This document shows, piece after piece, positions 1 through 13,400 of a DNA stretch of 64,000 bases. The DNA comes from Piromyces finnis finn (lineage: Eukaryota; Fungi; Neocallimastigomycota), in assembly GCA_002104945.1 (NCBI GenBank), contig MCFH01000081.1:62001-126000 (forward strand). Reading direction: 5' to 3'. A model generated the notes under the pieces. That model did no database searches. It was not told the origin of the DNA and saw only the letters and a program-made list of their open reading frames with translations. Position numbers and translations under genes: made by a program. Numbering within the stretch: position 1 is the stretch's first letter; every line of letters begins with the position of its first letter.

Positions 1-74
1 TTATTTATATATTACTATTAAATCATGTTATTTATTTTTTTTATATTAAATATTATAATTAAATTTTTATAATA

Positions 75-75
<1 letters not shown>

Positions 76-117
<42 letters not shown>

Positions 118-120
118 ATA
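76..120. repeat. (AAAT)n microsatellite
   Basis: About 11 consecutive AAAT/TAAA units, read directly. Confidence 0.9.
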
Positions 121-1528
121 CTATTTTTTAGTTTTATAAATTATAATAAACATTAACTTTTATAATTTCATCTCTTTTTCTATTTAGTAATTCTTCTGTT
201 ATATGTATATTTAAATAATTAAAATTAAAACAATACCATTAGAGGATAGCATAATAAAAGTATTCATTTTTAGTATTTAGGAGGAAGAAAAACCTTATTC
301 TGGATAAAAGGATAAATAAATTTTTATTTCATTTTATTATTTTGTGGCGTATAATACCTTTAATATTAATTTAATTCTAAAAATTTAATATAAATCATGA
401 ATTATATATGGCTTAATATATATAATAAACTCAAAATATGTCAATAATATTGTAAGAACTCATTTTATTTTTTTTATTAGAATTTTAAAAAGTAATTAAC
501 ATGTAATATTACTTTTACAATATAATATCAAAAAAAAAAAAAAAGACTATATTCTATCATTATAATTAATAGATTATTCTTTTTTAATAATTAAGAAAAT
601 GGCTAAAATAAAATTTAAAACAAAAATATTTAAAAAGAAAAATTAAATATATCGTTAGTTTAAACCAATCTATTATATTTTTGATACATTCAAAGTATTA
701 TATATAATATTATATAATTATAAAAAAAAAAAGTTTTAAAGGAATATAATAGTAATAAATGAGATTATGAATAGTTTAATACTAAATAATTCTATTTTAT
801 TTTACTATGATTATATTAGTACATGTAAAAATAGTATAATAGTAAATTCATTTACCTAAATTTTACCTAAATATAAACTAAATACAAATTTACTTTTTTT
901 ATCATCACAAAGAATTTTTAATTAAAATTCTGTATTTTTTTTTTTTTTATATATTTACCATTTTCTGTATCTTTTCATTTTTTTCTTATGGTAAAAATGT
1001 TTTTAATTACGAAGGATTAGTTAACTAAATCTTCTTTATTCTTAAACCTTTTTTTTTTTTTTTTTTGAAATAATCTTTATTAGTATTGAAACTCTTATAT
1101 ATGAATATAATGGCTGAATTGAAAAAATATCTTTTCAAAAAAGATAATTAAGCGATTATTAATGAAAAAAAAAAAAAAAAAAAATAAATATATATGTATA
1201 TATATGTATATATAGTAAAAGTAATAATGCTACAAAGAATCTTTTTTTTTTTTTGATTTTAACTTAAATGGATAAAAATGAAAATAACAATAATAAAAAT
1301 AATAAATCAATACCATTTAAAATAAAATAAAAAAAGGAAAAAAAAAAAAAAAAAATAGATTATTATATACGTATATGTTTATATTATCTTTTTTTTTTTT
1401 TTTTAATTTTTATTATTTTTTATTTTTAATTTTATTTCATTAGGTTTATTATATATATATATTTATATTGATATAAAAAATTCATTATTGAATTTTTTTT
1501 TTTTACTTCCTTTCGTTTCCGTTCTTCT

Positions 1529-3649
1529 TTAATAATGACAACAGACGACAGAACGATCATCACCTAAGAAACTCATATACTCAATAAGTATTCTAGCCAT
1601 ATTCTTTAAATTTTCATGATTTTTAATAATTATATCATTATATTTATTTTTAAAGGTACTGTAGTATTTGATAACACCATCAGAAGCTAAAATAAAAAGT
1701 TTTAAATCACAATTAAGAACACTAATAACATCTGGTTGTCTTTTTAGGCCAGGAGCTCTCAATTTATGATGAGGATGGAAATTCATGAGAGCGGAACAAA
1801 GAATAGAAGAGGTATCAAAAGATTCTGGAAGTCTAATATGATTTTTCAATAGTTTTTGCCATCTTTCTTGTTTTATAATAAAGGAACGAATACTTTCATA
1901 GGTATAAGTTACCGGCGATATAGTTCTTAATTCTTCAATGGTCATACCTGTTTTTTCAAATTCAAATTTGAATCGCTTTGGATCAGAAATTGTATGACCG
2001 ACTGGCTTTTTCGATGTCAATACTTTTATTAAATTATCATAAGCTTTAACACGTTCCTTACGATAATGTTCTATTTCATCAATTAATACATTAAAAATTT
2101 TTGGATCATAAATACTATCACCTATACTACCCAATACATTTAATTTTGAAAATCCTACACGAATATCATCTGGATATATTTTCGTTTTTACTCTTAAATC
2201 TTCTTTTTCTATTAATGCATCCATAGGGTATTGACATTTGCTGAATGGAAGAGCATGTGGTTTTTCATAATCTTTTTTCATACGGTCTAAAATTTCTACT
2301 CTTGTTTTATCGCCTGCGGCAAGAATTTGATAAGGTTCATTTTCATCTTCTAAATATACTGAAAAGAAAACATTGGATTCAATGATTTTATTATGTAATT
2401 TGAAATTATCAATACTATGTTCACTAAATGGCTTTTTTTTTTTTTTTTTTTTTTTTTAATTTTTAAATAACAGTTTAAATATTAAGTATTATATAATGTT
2501 ATTATAATAATAATAAAGTGTTAGTAATAAGAAATAGCCATTGTTTTATAATTTATAATAAAGTTATACTATAAATATAAATACTATTTTTAATATTTTT
2601 TTGCCTTCTTTTCTAAATCCTATTTATTTTATTTGTTTTGAAATTATAAAATAATAATAATAATGATAATAATAATAAATTTAAAGAAATTTACAAATTC
2701 CGGTCCTAAGGATTTATTTCTCCAAGTAATAATAGGACTATCCCCAAGGAAAGCAAAATAAGTAAAAGTAGGTGTTACCAATGCTACTGATGCTGTTGAA
2801 CCAGAACTATTTTATATGTATTGTATTACAATATATACATACTATTATTACTAAAATATTATATATATATTTATTTTACATTTATTCTATCTTTTTTTTT
2901 TATCTTTCCTTTTTACTTTTTTTTTTTTTTTTTTTTTTTCCTCTTTTGTGTGTGTATAAAAAGAAAAAAGAATAATTACCAGAATAAACAATCGAATAAT
3001 TCCGGTGTATACTTTGAACAAGATAGTAATTCTTTATGCAAATTGGTAAAAGTTTTTGATAAAGCTTCTTTATAATTTCCTGCCTTAAAATCAGCTGTTG
3101 CTAATAATTCAAAAGGAAAACGTTGTTTTAAAAATGAACTTGCAATACTTCCACAATGACCATCAAAAACTTTTTTTTTTTCCATCGGAATTTATTGTAT
3201 AATTTTAATTATAAAATATATGTAATAATGATAATTATAATAACATAAATAAAAGCAATAAATAATAAATGATTGTATAATTAATTAGACTTTGTTATAT
3301 ATATATATAAAAGTTTTTACACACACACACAAATTTACTCTTTCTTTCTCTCTCCTTTTTTTTTTTTTTTTTTTTTTAATATATATATATTATAAAAAAA
3401 TATATGTATAATAAATTATTTACCTCCATATAATTTATAACTATTTGAATCATCAATTCCTTTTATTAAAATTTCTGGATAAGGTGGTTTTGAATCGCCA
3501 AATACTGTAGTTTTATATTTTGAATAGTTTGTTCTGACATATTCTATAAGGTCATCAATAACTAAAATTCTATCTTCTTTTGATGGTTCATTGGCATTAC
3601 CTCCTACACAAATTCCGTAGGATTCAAAATTTTCTAAATAATTTTTCAT
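1529..3649 (-). CDS. PP2C/PPM-family protein phosphatase, 4 exons, ~476 aa, with large insertions
   Basis: Exons 3649-3424, 3169-2980, 2806-2695 and 2431-1529 join through GT-AG introns into one frame (1431 nt). PPM motifs appear in order: KEDR, YGVFDGHCG, CSGSTASVAL, FLGDS, LGSIGD, PDV, FILASDGV, GDDRS. Confidence 0.88.
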
Positions 3650-4311
3650 TATAATTTTATTTACGCTACTACTGAAAAATGAATATATGTATATATAAAA
3701 TATATAACAAATATGAATAGGATATGAAAAAAATAATAATATATATATACAATATTGATGTATATATAATAAATAAATTAAATATTGTTATATAATAACA
3801 ATAACTGATTCTAAAATCTTTACTTTTAAAAAAGTAAAATAAAAATTTTTAATTTAGATATTTATATTTTTTAAAATTTTTAATCTTCCTTGATGAAAAA
3901 TAAAAATGATAAAATTTTTTATTTTTACGGTATAAATAAAATTAATTATCTTTATATAGTTCTTTTTTTAAAAAAGTTATTAATATTAATAATTTTTTTT
4001 TTTTTGTTACTACAAGATATTTTTTATTATAAATTATATAATTATACATATGGTTAGATATTCCTTTAGACTTTAGTATTTCTAATATTAATTTTTAAAA
4101 AAAAAGTTTTCTTATAATTTTTTTTTTAACTATTGATCAAGAATAATGAAAATAGTTTTTTTTTTTTTTTTTTTTTAATTAAATTATCTTTGTCTATTTT
4201 AACATAAACATTTCAGTTGTTGAGTTGGAAAGAAAGAAAGAAATCTCTTGTTAGCATCTACAAACTAATTAAAAAAGAAGATAGTTTGATTGATAAAGTC
4301 ATTACGCTCAC

Positions 4312-4351
<40 letters not shown>

Positions 4352-4897
4352 CAAGATGCAACAAAAGAGTAGCTAGTGTTTGATATCTAGCTTTAAAATA
4401 ATTTTTCTTTTATATCTATAATTATTTATCAATCTCATAGTTTTAAAAAAAGAAAAAAGTTTACATTATTATTATTATATAATAATCATAAAAAAAAAAA
4501 GAACTTTTTATTTTTATTACTATTTATATTTTTATTATATTATTATTATTTTTACAATAATTATTATTTATAAAATATTAATATATGAAGTAGAATATAA
4601 AGATAAAAAAAAAAGTTATATAATATTAATAATAAAAAAAGGAGAGCATAACCATACTATTTTTTTTTTTTTTTTTTTTTATGAAAAATATTAATTATTA
4701 ATAGTAAGTAAAAAAATACTATATATATTATTACTACATACTACAAATGAATTAAAATATTTATAAATAATAATATTTTGATAATTGAAATATTATTAAT
4801 ATTATTATTTTCATCATATACTATTGATGCTTTTTAAAGTATATGATATAAAATTATGTTTTTAAAAATAAATAATTAAATAATTAAATAATCCATT

Positions 4898-4938
<41 letters not shown>

Positions 4939-5191
4939 GTTATAACATAAAAATAATATCCATTATATATAATTTGTTTTATATATGTTAAAATAGAATA
5001 CTTCTTTTTTTTAAAAAAAAAGAATACATATGATGAATGCATTTTTTTTTTAAAAAAAAAAATTAAATGTTTAATATGCTTAACATTTTTTTTTTTTGAA
5101 AATATATTTATAGAAAAAAAATGATTGTCCGCTTTTTTTTTAAAGTATATATGTATATGTGGGTAAGTAGGGAGATATAGTCGTTTTTTTT

Positions 5192-7441
5192 TTAAGAATA
5201 CCAACATAAATCAGCTTTGTGTGTTTCAACAAATTGTTTTACAACATCATCATTGATTTCAACAGTAAAATTCTTGGTAGATAAAAGAGCTTTACACATC
5301 ATTTCAACTTCTTTTTCGGTCCAGACACCATCAGTAAGTTTTGAAAGTTTCTTGGCATCTAATTTAAAATCAACTTTCATACCATGATTAATTTGATATT
5401 GATAAGCTAATAGAAGAGAACCAAGAAATATACGATGATTTGTACCGTATTCACCAACAGCTTCTTTATGAAAAGAAAGTAAAGCTTCTGCAAATCGTTG
5501 GGAATAGACAAGAGCATATAAGAAAGTTCTAATATCTATTTTACATTTATGGGTAATCTTTTTTATGAAGGGATAGAGTTCTGGTAAATATCTGGTTTTT
5601 GGATGTTTTAAATTATTATTGGAAGTGGGTAAAACAGAGGTTAATATTTCAGCAGCAAACCCAACAATTCCTGATTTACCACAAAGATTAGTAGTGGATT
5701 TGTTTTTGGATTGTTTTGTTGAAGTTTTGGATGATTTGTCCTTTTTTGACACAGTATCACCATTGGTATCAGATATTTGAGAAGAATCTGAAGAACAAGT
5801 GAGAATAGAATCTTTTAAAGCAACGTTTGATTGACCAGAAGCTACTGAAATAATAGATATGGTAGAAGAAGAAGAGGAAGACACAGGAGAAGAGGTACCC
5901 ATATTGGTAATATTTTTGTGTTGATTTGAAGCACTGGTTTGTGATGTGATAATATTAGTAATTCTAGGGGAAAGGTTCATTACATTAGTGTTGTTTCCAG
6001 TAGTAGAATACATCATTGGTCCTCTTATTTTCTCTTGTTCAAGATTGGTATATGAGGTTTCAGAAGTAGTAGTTGCAATGGTGGTGGTGGTGGTGGTGGT
6101 GGTGGTGGTGTGTGGAGAATTTATTATTGAATTTAAACGAGGAGAAGAAGAGGCAGTAGTTGTTGTTATTTGTTGTTGAAGATGATTCATGGAAATAGTT
6201 TCATCTTCATTTTTAATAACGATGGTTTGGGTATTATTATTGGAATCCTTCATGGAAGTAGTATTAGTAGGTATAGTTGAAGAAGTATTCATTGGACTAG
6301 AATTTAACATGTAAATTCTATTAATTGAATTATTGTTATAATATTTCATTGGTAATAAACTTTTAATTTGGGTATTGTTATTACTACTTCTGATACCATT
6401 ATTGTTATTCATTTTATTTGGTTGATTATAACAAATATTATTAATTGAAGAAGGTGAATTGGAAGCGGTTATAGTGTTAATGAATGATTCATTATTACTT
6501 GGTGGAGTCATTGAAATAGACTTTTCATCATGATTTGAGTTTACAATGTATGTAATAGTATTACTATCATCTACTACGTATTGTTCATCATTATCACAAA
6601 AATATGAACTAATTAAAGAAGAAACATCACTATTATTCATATTAGCGTTAGCAGTGGTAGTGACAGTTAATGGTACTGATGAAGCATAATACATGGGTGA
6701 AACATAAAAGGGTGAAACCATCGACTCATTTTGACTATTAAATGAATCTAATGGTAAATGTGAAAAAAGAGAAGTTTGAGATTTCATCCTATCCACACTA
6801 TAATAATGATTTAATTTTTTCTCAGAAAGTAATGGATATTGGGTTAGCGTTGGGTTGTTTAATTGACTTTTATGATTTACAAGGGTTCTCGGGTTTTTAA
6901 TAATATGTTTTTCTTTATCGCAATTTATTTCTTTAGTTGTGGGTTGAAAAGATACTGAATGTGTATGAATGGTCTTAATATTAATATTTTTATTGTTAGT
7001 ATTTCTTATATATTGTCTTTCTTGACTATGATCTTTTTTATAATACTTTAAATTACTTAATATGTTGTTGTTAATACATTTACCATAGCATTGACTATTG
7101 TCACTACTATAGCTATTATTTTTAATTATTTCAATGAATGAACTATTTAATTTATTATGATTATTGTTACTATCAAATTCTTGTTTTGAGGAAATATAAT
7201 AGTTTTTATTGTTCTTAATACTATTGTTATTTATATTTATTTTGTCGATAATTTTCTTTGGAGCGGTGTAACAATTTATATTACTTTTTATTTTACTATT
7301 AATATTATTAATATAATTATTATTATTATATATTGATTCAGGTGAAGAAACAAATGATATATTTCTTCTAGTTGGGATATAATACAATTTATTATTTTTT
7401 GAATAAATAGTTTGGTCCATAAATAGTGAATTATTACCCAT
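5192..7441 (-). CDS. PHO85-type (PCL1/2-like) cyclin-fold protein with ~600-aa N/S/T-rich disordered N-terminus
   Basis: Single 749-aa ORF. Its C-terminus LPELYPFIKKITHKCKIDIRTFLYALVYSQRF...GTNHRIFLGSLLLA...TDGVWTEKEVEMM follows the PCL cyclin box pattern (LPxL..FI...LVYL.R...HRIFL..LILA...DGLFS..EVN.ME). Confidence 0.8.
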   Translation of the reverse strand: MGNNSLFMDQTIYSKNNKLYYIPTRRNISFVSSPESIYNNNNYINNINSKIKSNINCYTAPKKIIDKININNNSIKNNKNYYISSKQEFDSNNNHNKLNSSFIEIIKNNSYSSDNSQCYGKCINNNILSNLKYYKKDHSQERQYIRNTNNKNINIKTIHTHSVSFQPTTKEINCDKEKHIIKNPRTLVNHKSQLNNPTLTQYPLLSEKKLNHYYSVDRMKSQTSLFSHLPLDSFNSQNESMVSPFYVSPMYYASSVPLTVTTTANANMNNSDVSSLISSYFCDNDEQYVVDDSNTITYIVNSNHDEKSISMTPPSNNESFINTITASNSPSSINNICYNQPNKMNNNNGIRSSNNNTQIKSLLPMKYYNNNSINRIYMLNSSPMNTSSTIPTNTTSMKDSNNNTQTIVIKNEDETISMNHLQQQITTTTASSSPRLNSIINSPHTTTTTTTTTTIATTTSETSYTNLEQEKIRGPMMYSTTGNNTNVMNLSPRITNIITSQTSASNQHKNITNMGTSSPVSSSSSSTISIISVASGQSNVALKDSILTCSSDSSQISDTNGDTVSKKDKSSKTSTKQSKNKSTTNLCGKSGIVGFAAEILTSVLPTSNNNLKHPKTRYLPELYPFIKKITHKCKIDIRTFLYALVYSQRFAEALLSFHKEAVGEYGTNHRIFLGSLLLAYQYQINHGMKVDFKLDAKKLSKLTDGVWTEKEVEMMCKALLSTKNFTVEINDDVVKQFVETHKADLCWYS

Positions 7442-10400
7442 TATATATAAAGGGTTTTTTTTTTTTATTAAATATATATATATAGTTTATGTTTTATAAA
7501 TATGATAAGATATAGGTATGTATTGTTCTTTATATGTAATGCGTATTTTCTTTGTGTAATATTAAGTATTGTGTATATATCTTCAATATCGATAATAATA
7601 AAATTTATTATTTATCTTTTTATATAATTACTTTATATTTATATATTTTAAATATATAATAATTTTTTTTTTGTACTTTGTAAGAAAGTATTAATAGGGT
7701 ATGTTATATGATAGAGAATAAAAATAAAGTATGATATGAAATAATGAAAAGATGAAAAACGAAGAAGAAAAAAAAAAAAAAAAACAAATCCAGTAAGTTA
7801 AAAAGATATAAAGAAAAAAAGGAAAGGAAAAAAGATAATGAAAAATGAAAAGAAAAAGAAAAAAAAAAGGGAAAAAAAAAAAGGAAAAAGAAAATAAAAA
7901 AAAGGGAAATATTTATGCCTATTAGAAGGTTTCTTAATACATTCCAGTTGATAAATTTATATTGAAAATTTTCAATAACTATTGAAATATTGAAAAATAA
8001 TTTAAAACAGTAATGTTTTAAATAATTAAAGAATAATATATACTGATAATATATTACTTTTTTTTTTTAATCTGTTAATATACAATTATATATAAAATAA
8101 TAAGGTATTAGTTTTTTTTTAATATATAAAATTATTACTTTTTTTTTTTAATAATGCTTTAAAAATAATATGTTTTATCAGGATTTTTAATTGTATTATT
8201 TTATATAATTTTAATTTCTAAACTCTAAAATTGTAAAATGTGCTTTTTGGATTTTTTATTTTTTTCTATAATCTTTCTCTCTTTAATAATAAATCTTTCT
8301 TTTCGTATTGATTTATATATTATACTAATACAATTTTTCTTTCTCTTTTTTAACTTTTTTTTTTTAATAAAGCTATTACACTTAAATTAATAGTGAAAAT
8401 AATTAAAAACTTTTAATTACATTTATTTCCAAAATATAAAAATGCTGATTTATGAATATTTACTTTTTTTTTAAAAAAAATGCGTATCACTATTCTCTCT
8501 CTTTTTATATATAGATATAGAGTAAAATACAAATGAGATACTATTTTTTTTTAATAGTGATTTTTTTATTTTTAAAGAAAAAAAGAAAAAAAAAAAAAAA
8601 AAGGAAGATGAAGTTGTATTTAAAAATAAAATTAAAAATTTAAAATTAAAAATTAAATTTAATAAAAAATTATGAATTTAAGTTTATAATTAAAAAAATA
8701 AAAAATTTTTAAAAAAATAATTATCCTCAGGCATTAAGCAAATTAATATTAAAAATAAAAAGATAATGAAAAAAAAAATCCCATCAAAAAAAGCATTATA
8801 ATCATTATTCTTCTTTCCTTTTCATTAAAGTTTAAAAATAGTTTTATTTTCATTATGAACGGACATCATGTTCATCATTCTTTTTTTCTTAATTGTTAAT
8901 CCTTTTACACACCCACCACCATACCTACCACCCCACCTCCTTTTTCCTTTTATCCTCATCATTTTCTTTCCTCCTTTTTCCAAAAAAAAAAATTAAGATT
9001 TTTTATTTCTCATTAAACCTTAATTATTATAATTTTTTGTTATTCCTTTATATATTAATAGAATAATTTTAAAAATTTAAAATATATAAAAATATATAAA
9101 CCTTTATAATTCTATAAATTCAAATGTACTGTTGATATATGAAGAAATGTATTAATTATATATATTATTCATTTAAATTTGAATAAATTAAAACCTTATT
9201 TCTATTTAAATTTCTTTATAATGAGAAAGCTAAAATACAAAATTGTCAATTGAAAATTTATTAAAAATTATGGGATATATATTATTTATTTATTATTAAT
9301 TAACTATAATATATTAATAAAACAAATTTTGAATTTATGACTATATATTATAAATATAATACAAATTACAATTGTACATATGAATCCATCTGTCATATTA
9401 TTAATAAATAATGAATATATATTAGTTTATATTAATAATATATGGTCACATATATTTGTCATATGAGTGTACAACCTGAACAAAATAAAAACGAACAAAA
9501 TTAAGAATACAGATACTAAAAAATAATAAAAATAATGAAATTATAAAAAGTAAAAATTGATGATGCGTAATACATGAAAAGAAAAAAAAAAGGAATTACT
9601 ATCTTTTCATTATATAATAGGATAGAATAGGAATAAAATAATAAGAAGAAACTGATTTATCCATAGGAATGATCATGCAATACCTTCAAGCTTCTGAATC
9701 ATTTCTAGAAGCGAAAAAAAACGGTTTAGAATTATTCATGTGATCGGCCAATTTTTCTTTGTACGAAAAATTTTTTTTTCTATACAGAAAAACTAACCGA
9801 TGATCAAATGAGTAACTGCCTAACCTCCAAGCCAAATTTGAAAAAAAAAAAACATTAAAGCCAGTTAGGACCTTTATACATAATAATGAATAATAGATAA
9901 TGATGCTGATGATGATGGTGGTGGTGGTGGTGATAAATAATGGATTATAATAATAATAATAATATTTAAAAGATTAATCCTATTCAGATTTTTATTAGTA
10001 GATTATTGTATTATTACCTATCTTTAGATAAATGATAATAACATATCATAATAAATGAATCTTTTTTTTTTTGATATAATAGTTAATGTTTTTATTATTA
10101 TAAAAATTATATTTTCTTTACTATCCTTTTTTGTTGTATCCAAAAATAAGAATATAGGACAATGATCAAATAATCTAATTAAATTATAAATGTGTTAATT
10201 ATCCTGGAGTAATGTCTATTAATTTATTAATAATAAAGAATACTTAAAAAACACTCAATAACAATTTAATTATCAAAAGTAATATATAGATCATTTACAA
10301 TAATCAATAATTTAATATGTATTTTTTAAAAAATAAAAAGTTCATAAAATAAAGAGGATTAATAATCAATGATAAAGTTCATCAAAATACATTGGTGTAA

Positions 10401-13400
10401 TTATAATAATTAATACATTAATATTGCATAAATTATATAAAAATATAAAATATACACTAAAATTAAAACAATAGAATAGTTCAATTGTTGAATTATTTTT
10501 TATATAACATCTTATTATTTTTTAATTCTAAAAAAAAAAAAGAAATATTGTATAGATAGTATAGAGAATGGTATTAATTTAAATGAATCTATATTTTATA
10601 ACTAACAATGTAAAAAGGTTTCCTTTATTTAATACTTTTTTTTTCTTCTAAAAAAGATTAATTACACTTTAAGAAAATTGCATTTGAATTACACAATACT
10701 TTTTTTTTAGCTTTTAATTTATTAATTATCCTTTTTACAGTTTGTATTATAACTGTTTCTATTAAAGTTTCTTTTTTATAAATCACTAATTATTACACCT
10801 TCTTGTTATCTTTTCTCTTTCAAAATTAGAAACTTTTTTTTTTCTGTCAAAACTTTTTTCATTAAAAAATTTAATATATTAATTATATATTGTAATATAT
10901 ATGTAACTTTGTTTATATTATTTAAATTAAATTAAAACGTGATTTATTTTTATATTTTTAATTTTTCATTTTTTAGACATTAAATTTAAAAGGGTTATTT
11001 TAATTTTATAATAAATGTAAAGCTATTAATAAGTATAATAATACTTTCTATATTTATATAGCATGTGGATTAGTTCGATGAATAATTAGTCATGATTTGT
11101 ACTTGTAAAAAATTAATAATTAGCAATGAAATGGTATATCTAAATGGTCTAAATATATAAATATATAGTTATACTAATTATAAAATAATAATAGATGGAT
11201 AGATAGGATCAAAGGATTATTTTTATTAATGTTAAAAAATAAAAAGTCTTTTGATAGTATGCTATCTATCACATTATTATTTCTTTTCTTCGTTGTCTTT
11301 TCCATATATTTTCTACATTTTCATTAATTTTTTTTTAATAATATTTATTATACTTTTAATTCAAATAATAATTAAAAAACATAATTATCCTAATATGAAA
11401 TTAAAATGTTATATTTATCAAATACATACCATTTAAAATTAATATTAAATGTATATATTTCATTTCTTTTTAAATTGTCAGTCATTATATATATAATAAA
11501 TAAAAGTTTAAAAAAAAATAAACTATATTAATTAATTTAATTAAAAAAAGTTAATCAATTATTAAGACTCAGTAGTTTTTAAATTGTATAATTCTATAAA
11601 CTATAATTTGATTTTAGTTTTATTTATCGATTACTATCTATAATATCGTCATAATGATATACCATATGCCATGTCAACAGTATAAACTAATAATGTTTCA
11701 TTAATACATTATTATTATTGTTTTTTTTTAAAAAATGAAATAAAAATATATTTTAAATTTTTTTTATTATAACCTAAAAATAAAATAAAAAAAAAAAAAT
11801 GGAATAAACAAAATAAATTTAATTATTATATATTTATGCATATTCTTAATGAACTATATTACATATTACAATTCAGGAGGATGTAGTTTTTTCTTTTATT
11901 ATTATTTAAAATTATATATTATTATTAATTTAAAACCATTTATAGCATATTCAATGTTATTAAAAAAAGTAAAAATTATTAATAATTAAAATTTATTAAA
12001 TTAAAAAAAAAAAAAATGAATATTAATTCTTTCCGCTATAGTGTAAAATGTATATTATCCTTTTTTTTATTTTTTATAAAATTTTATTGATTTTCTATTT
12101 TTATTTCATTTATTAATAAAGTAATAGCATTTTCTGGTAATATAAAAAGTAATATAAAAGTAGATAATAAAGAAGTGTATTATTAATTATAACAATTCTA
12201 TTTATAATAAACTATATAATTATATTTAAAAATTTAAAATTTATGAATTTTGTTCTTAAAGCATCCACTTATATAAATGCTAAAAAATGCAATAAATATT
12301 TATATTTATTCGTATACATAATTATATAATTGTATAATTTATACATATACTATTTTTAAGGATTATTTTATCTTTTATCTATCTTTTTGAGTAGGCAATA
12401 TGAATAACATAATAATATAATAATGATATAATATATTTTTTCCTATAAGAAATTCTTATACTTAATATTTTTATATAAAAAAGAAAAAGAATAATATTAA
12501 AAAATTTTTTTAACATTTTTAGGGGAAAGTTTATTTTCAATAAAATTAAATAAAATATATAGCAGTATAGGATTAAAGGTTTGGTTATTTAATGCATTTA
12601 TTTAATTTCACTTAGTTTCTTATTTTTCATTTCACTCATTGTATCTTAAATAGAAATCTAAATTTATAAATACTTCAGTAATTTGATTAAGGTTATAAGA
12701 TTAAGGTTTTAAGATACTTAAACTTAAATGAAAGAAGAGAAAAAAAAAAAAGACCTTTTTTTTCGTGTTCTAGATCATTGTTTTTTTTTTCTTTTTTAAA
12801 CTATAATAATTATAAAAAAATAAATACAGAAAAAAAAAGAATAATTTTGAAGTACCGACTATTTTTAATTTTTTTTTTTAAAAAAACTTAAAATACCAAT
12901 ATAAAATCCAAAACCTTACATATTAGAATTTTTCATGAATAGTATAAAGCTAAATTTTTATAAAATACAAAGGCAGATTTCAATATATGTTTACATTAAA
13001 TATGTATATTTTTAGTATAAATAATAAAACAAAATTAAAATTAAAAAAAAAAATAGTAAACTTTTATTGTCTTCAATAAAACAATAAATAAAAACAGTTA
13101 AAAAAAAAAGTATATTATTATTATTAAATTATTTATAATAATGAAATACAATATTATGTATATAATTATAGAATGATTCTTGTAACATAAAAGGTAAAAA
13201 TAACTATTTAGATTTTGCTATTTCTATTAAAATTATATGAAATAGTAAAGTTTTTAATAATAAAAAGTAAATTAGCTTAATTAGAATTCAAAATGTTTTT
13301 TTTTTTTTTTTAAATGAAAACTTAATTTGTGGATTTATTCATTGTTAATATCTATTCAAGAATATTATTTATAATTTAGTTTATTTTCTTTATATCTAAC

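Noticed and set aside
4884-5207. Short F/K/I/Y-rich ORFs in intergenic A/T tracts (also 2772-3075, 11251, 15270, 22132, 23552, 26471, 50059, 60066)
   Set aside because: Their composition simply reflects poly-A/poly-T runs, as expected by chance at this AT content.
5946-6179. Antisense or overlapping ORFs (also 17131-17313, 31572-32036, 48145-48383, 57591-58327, 20761-21162)
   Set aside because: These are shadow frames of real genes driven by codon periodicity, with no recognisable motifs.
9690-9712. ATCATTTCTAG resembling U3 snoRNA box A
   Set aside because: The other U3 boxes could not be located at the expected spacing.
11073-11078. GTTCGA, a tRNA T-loop-like hexamer
   Set aside because: There is no cloverleaf or acceptor stem around it.
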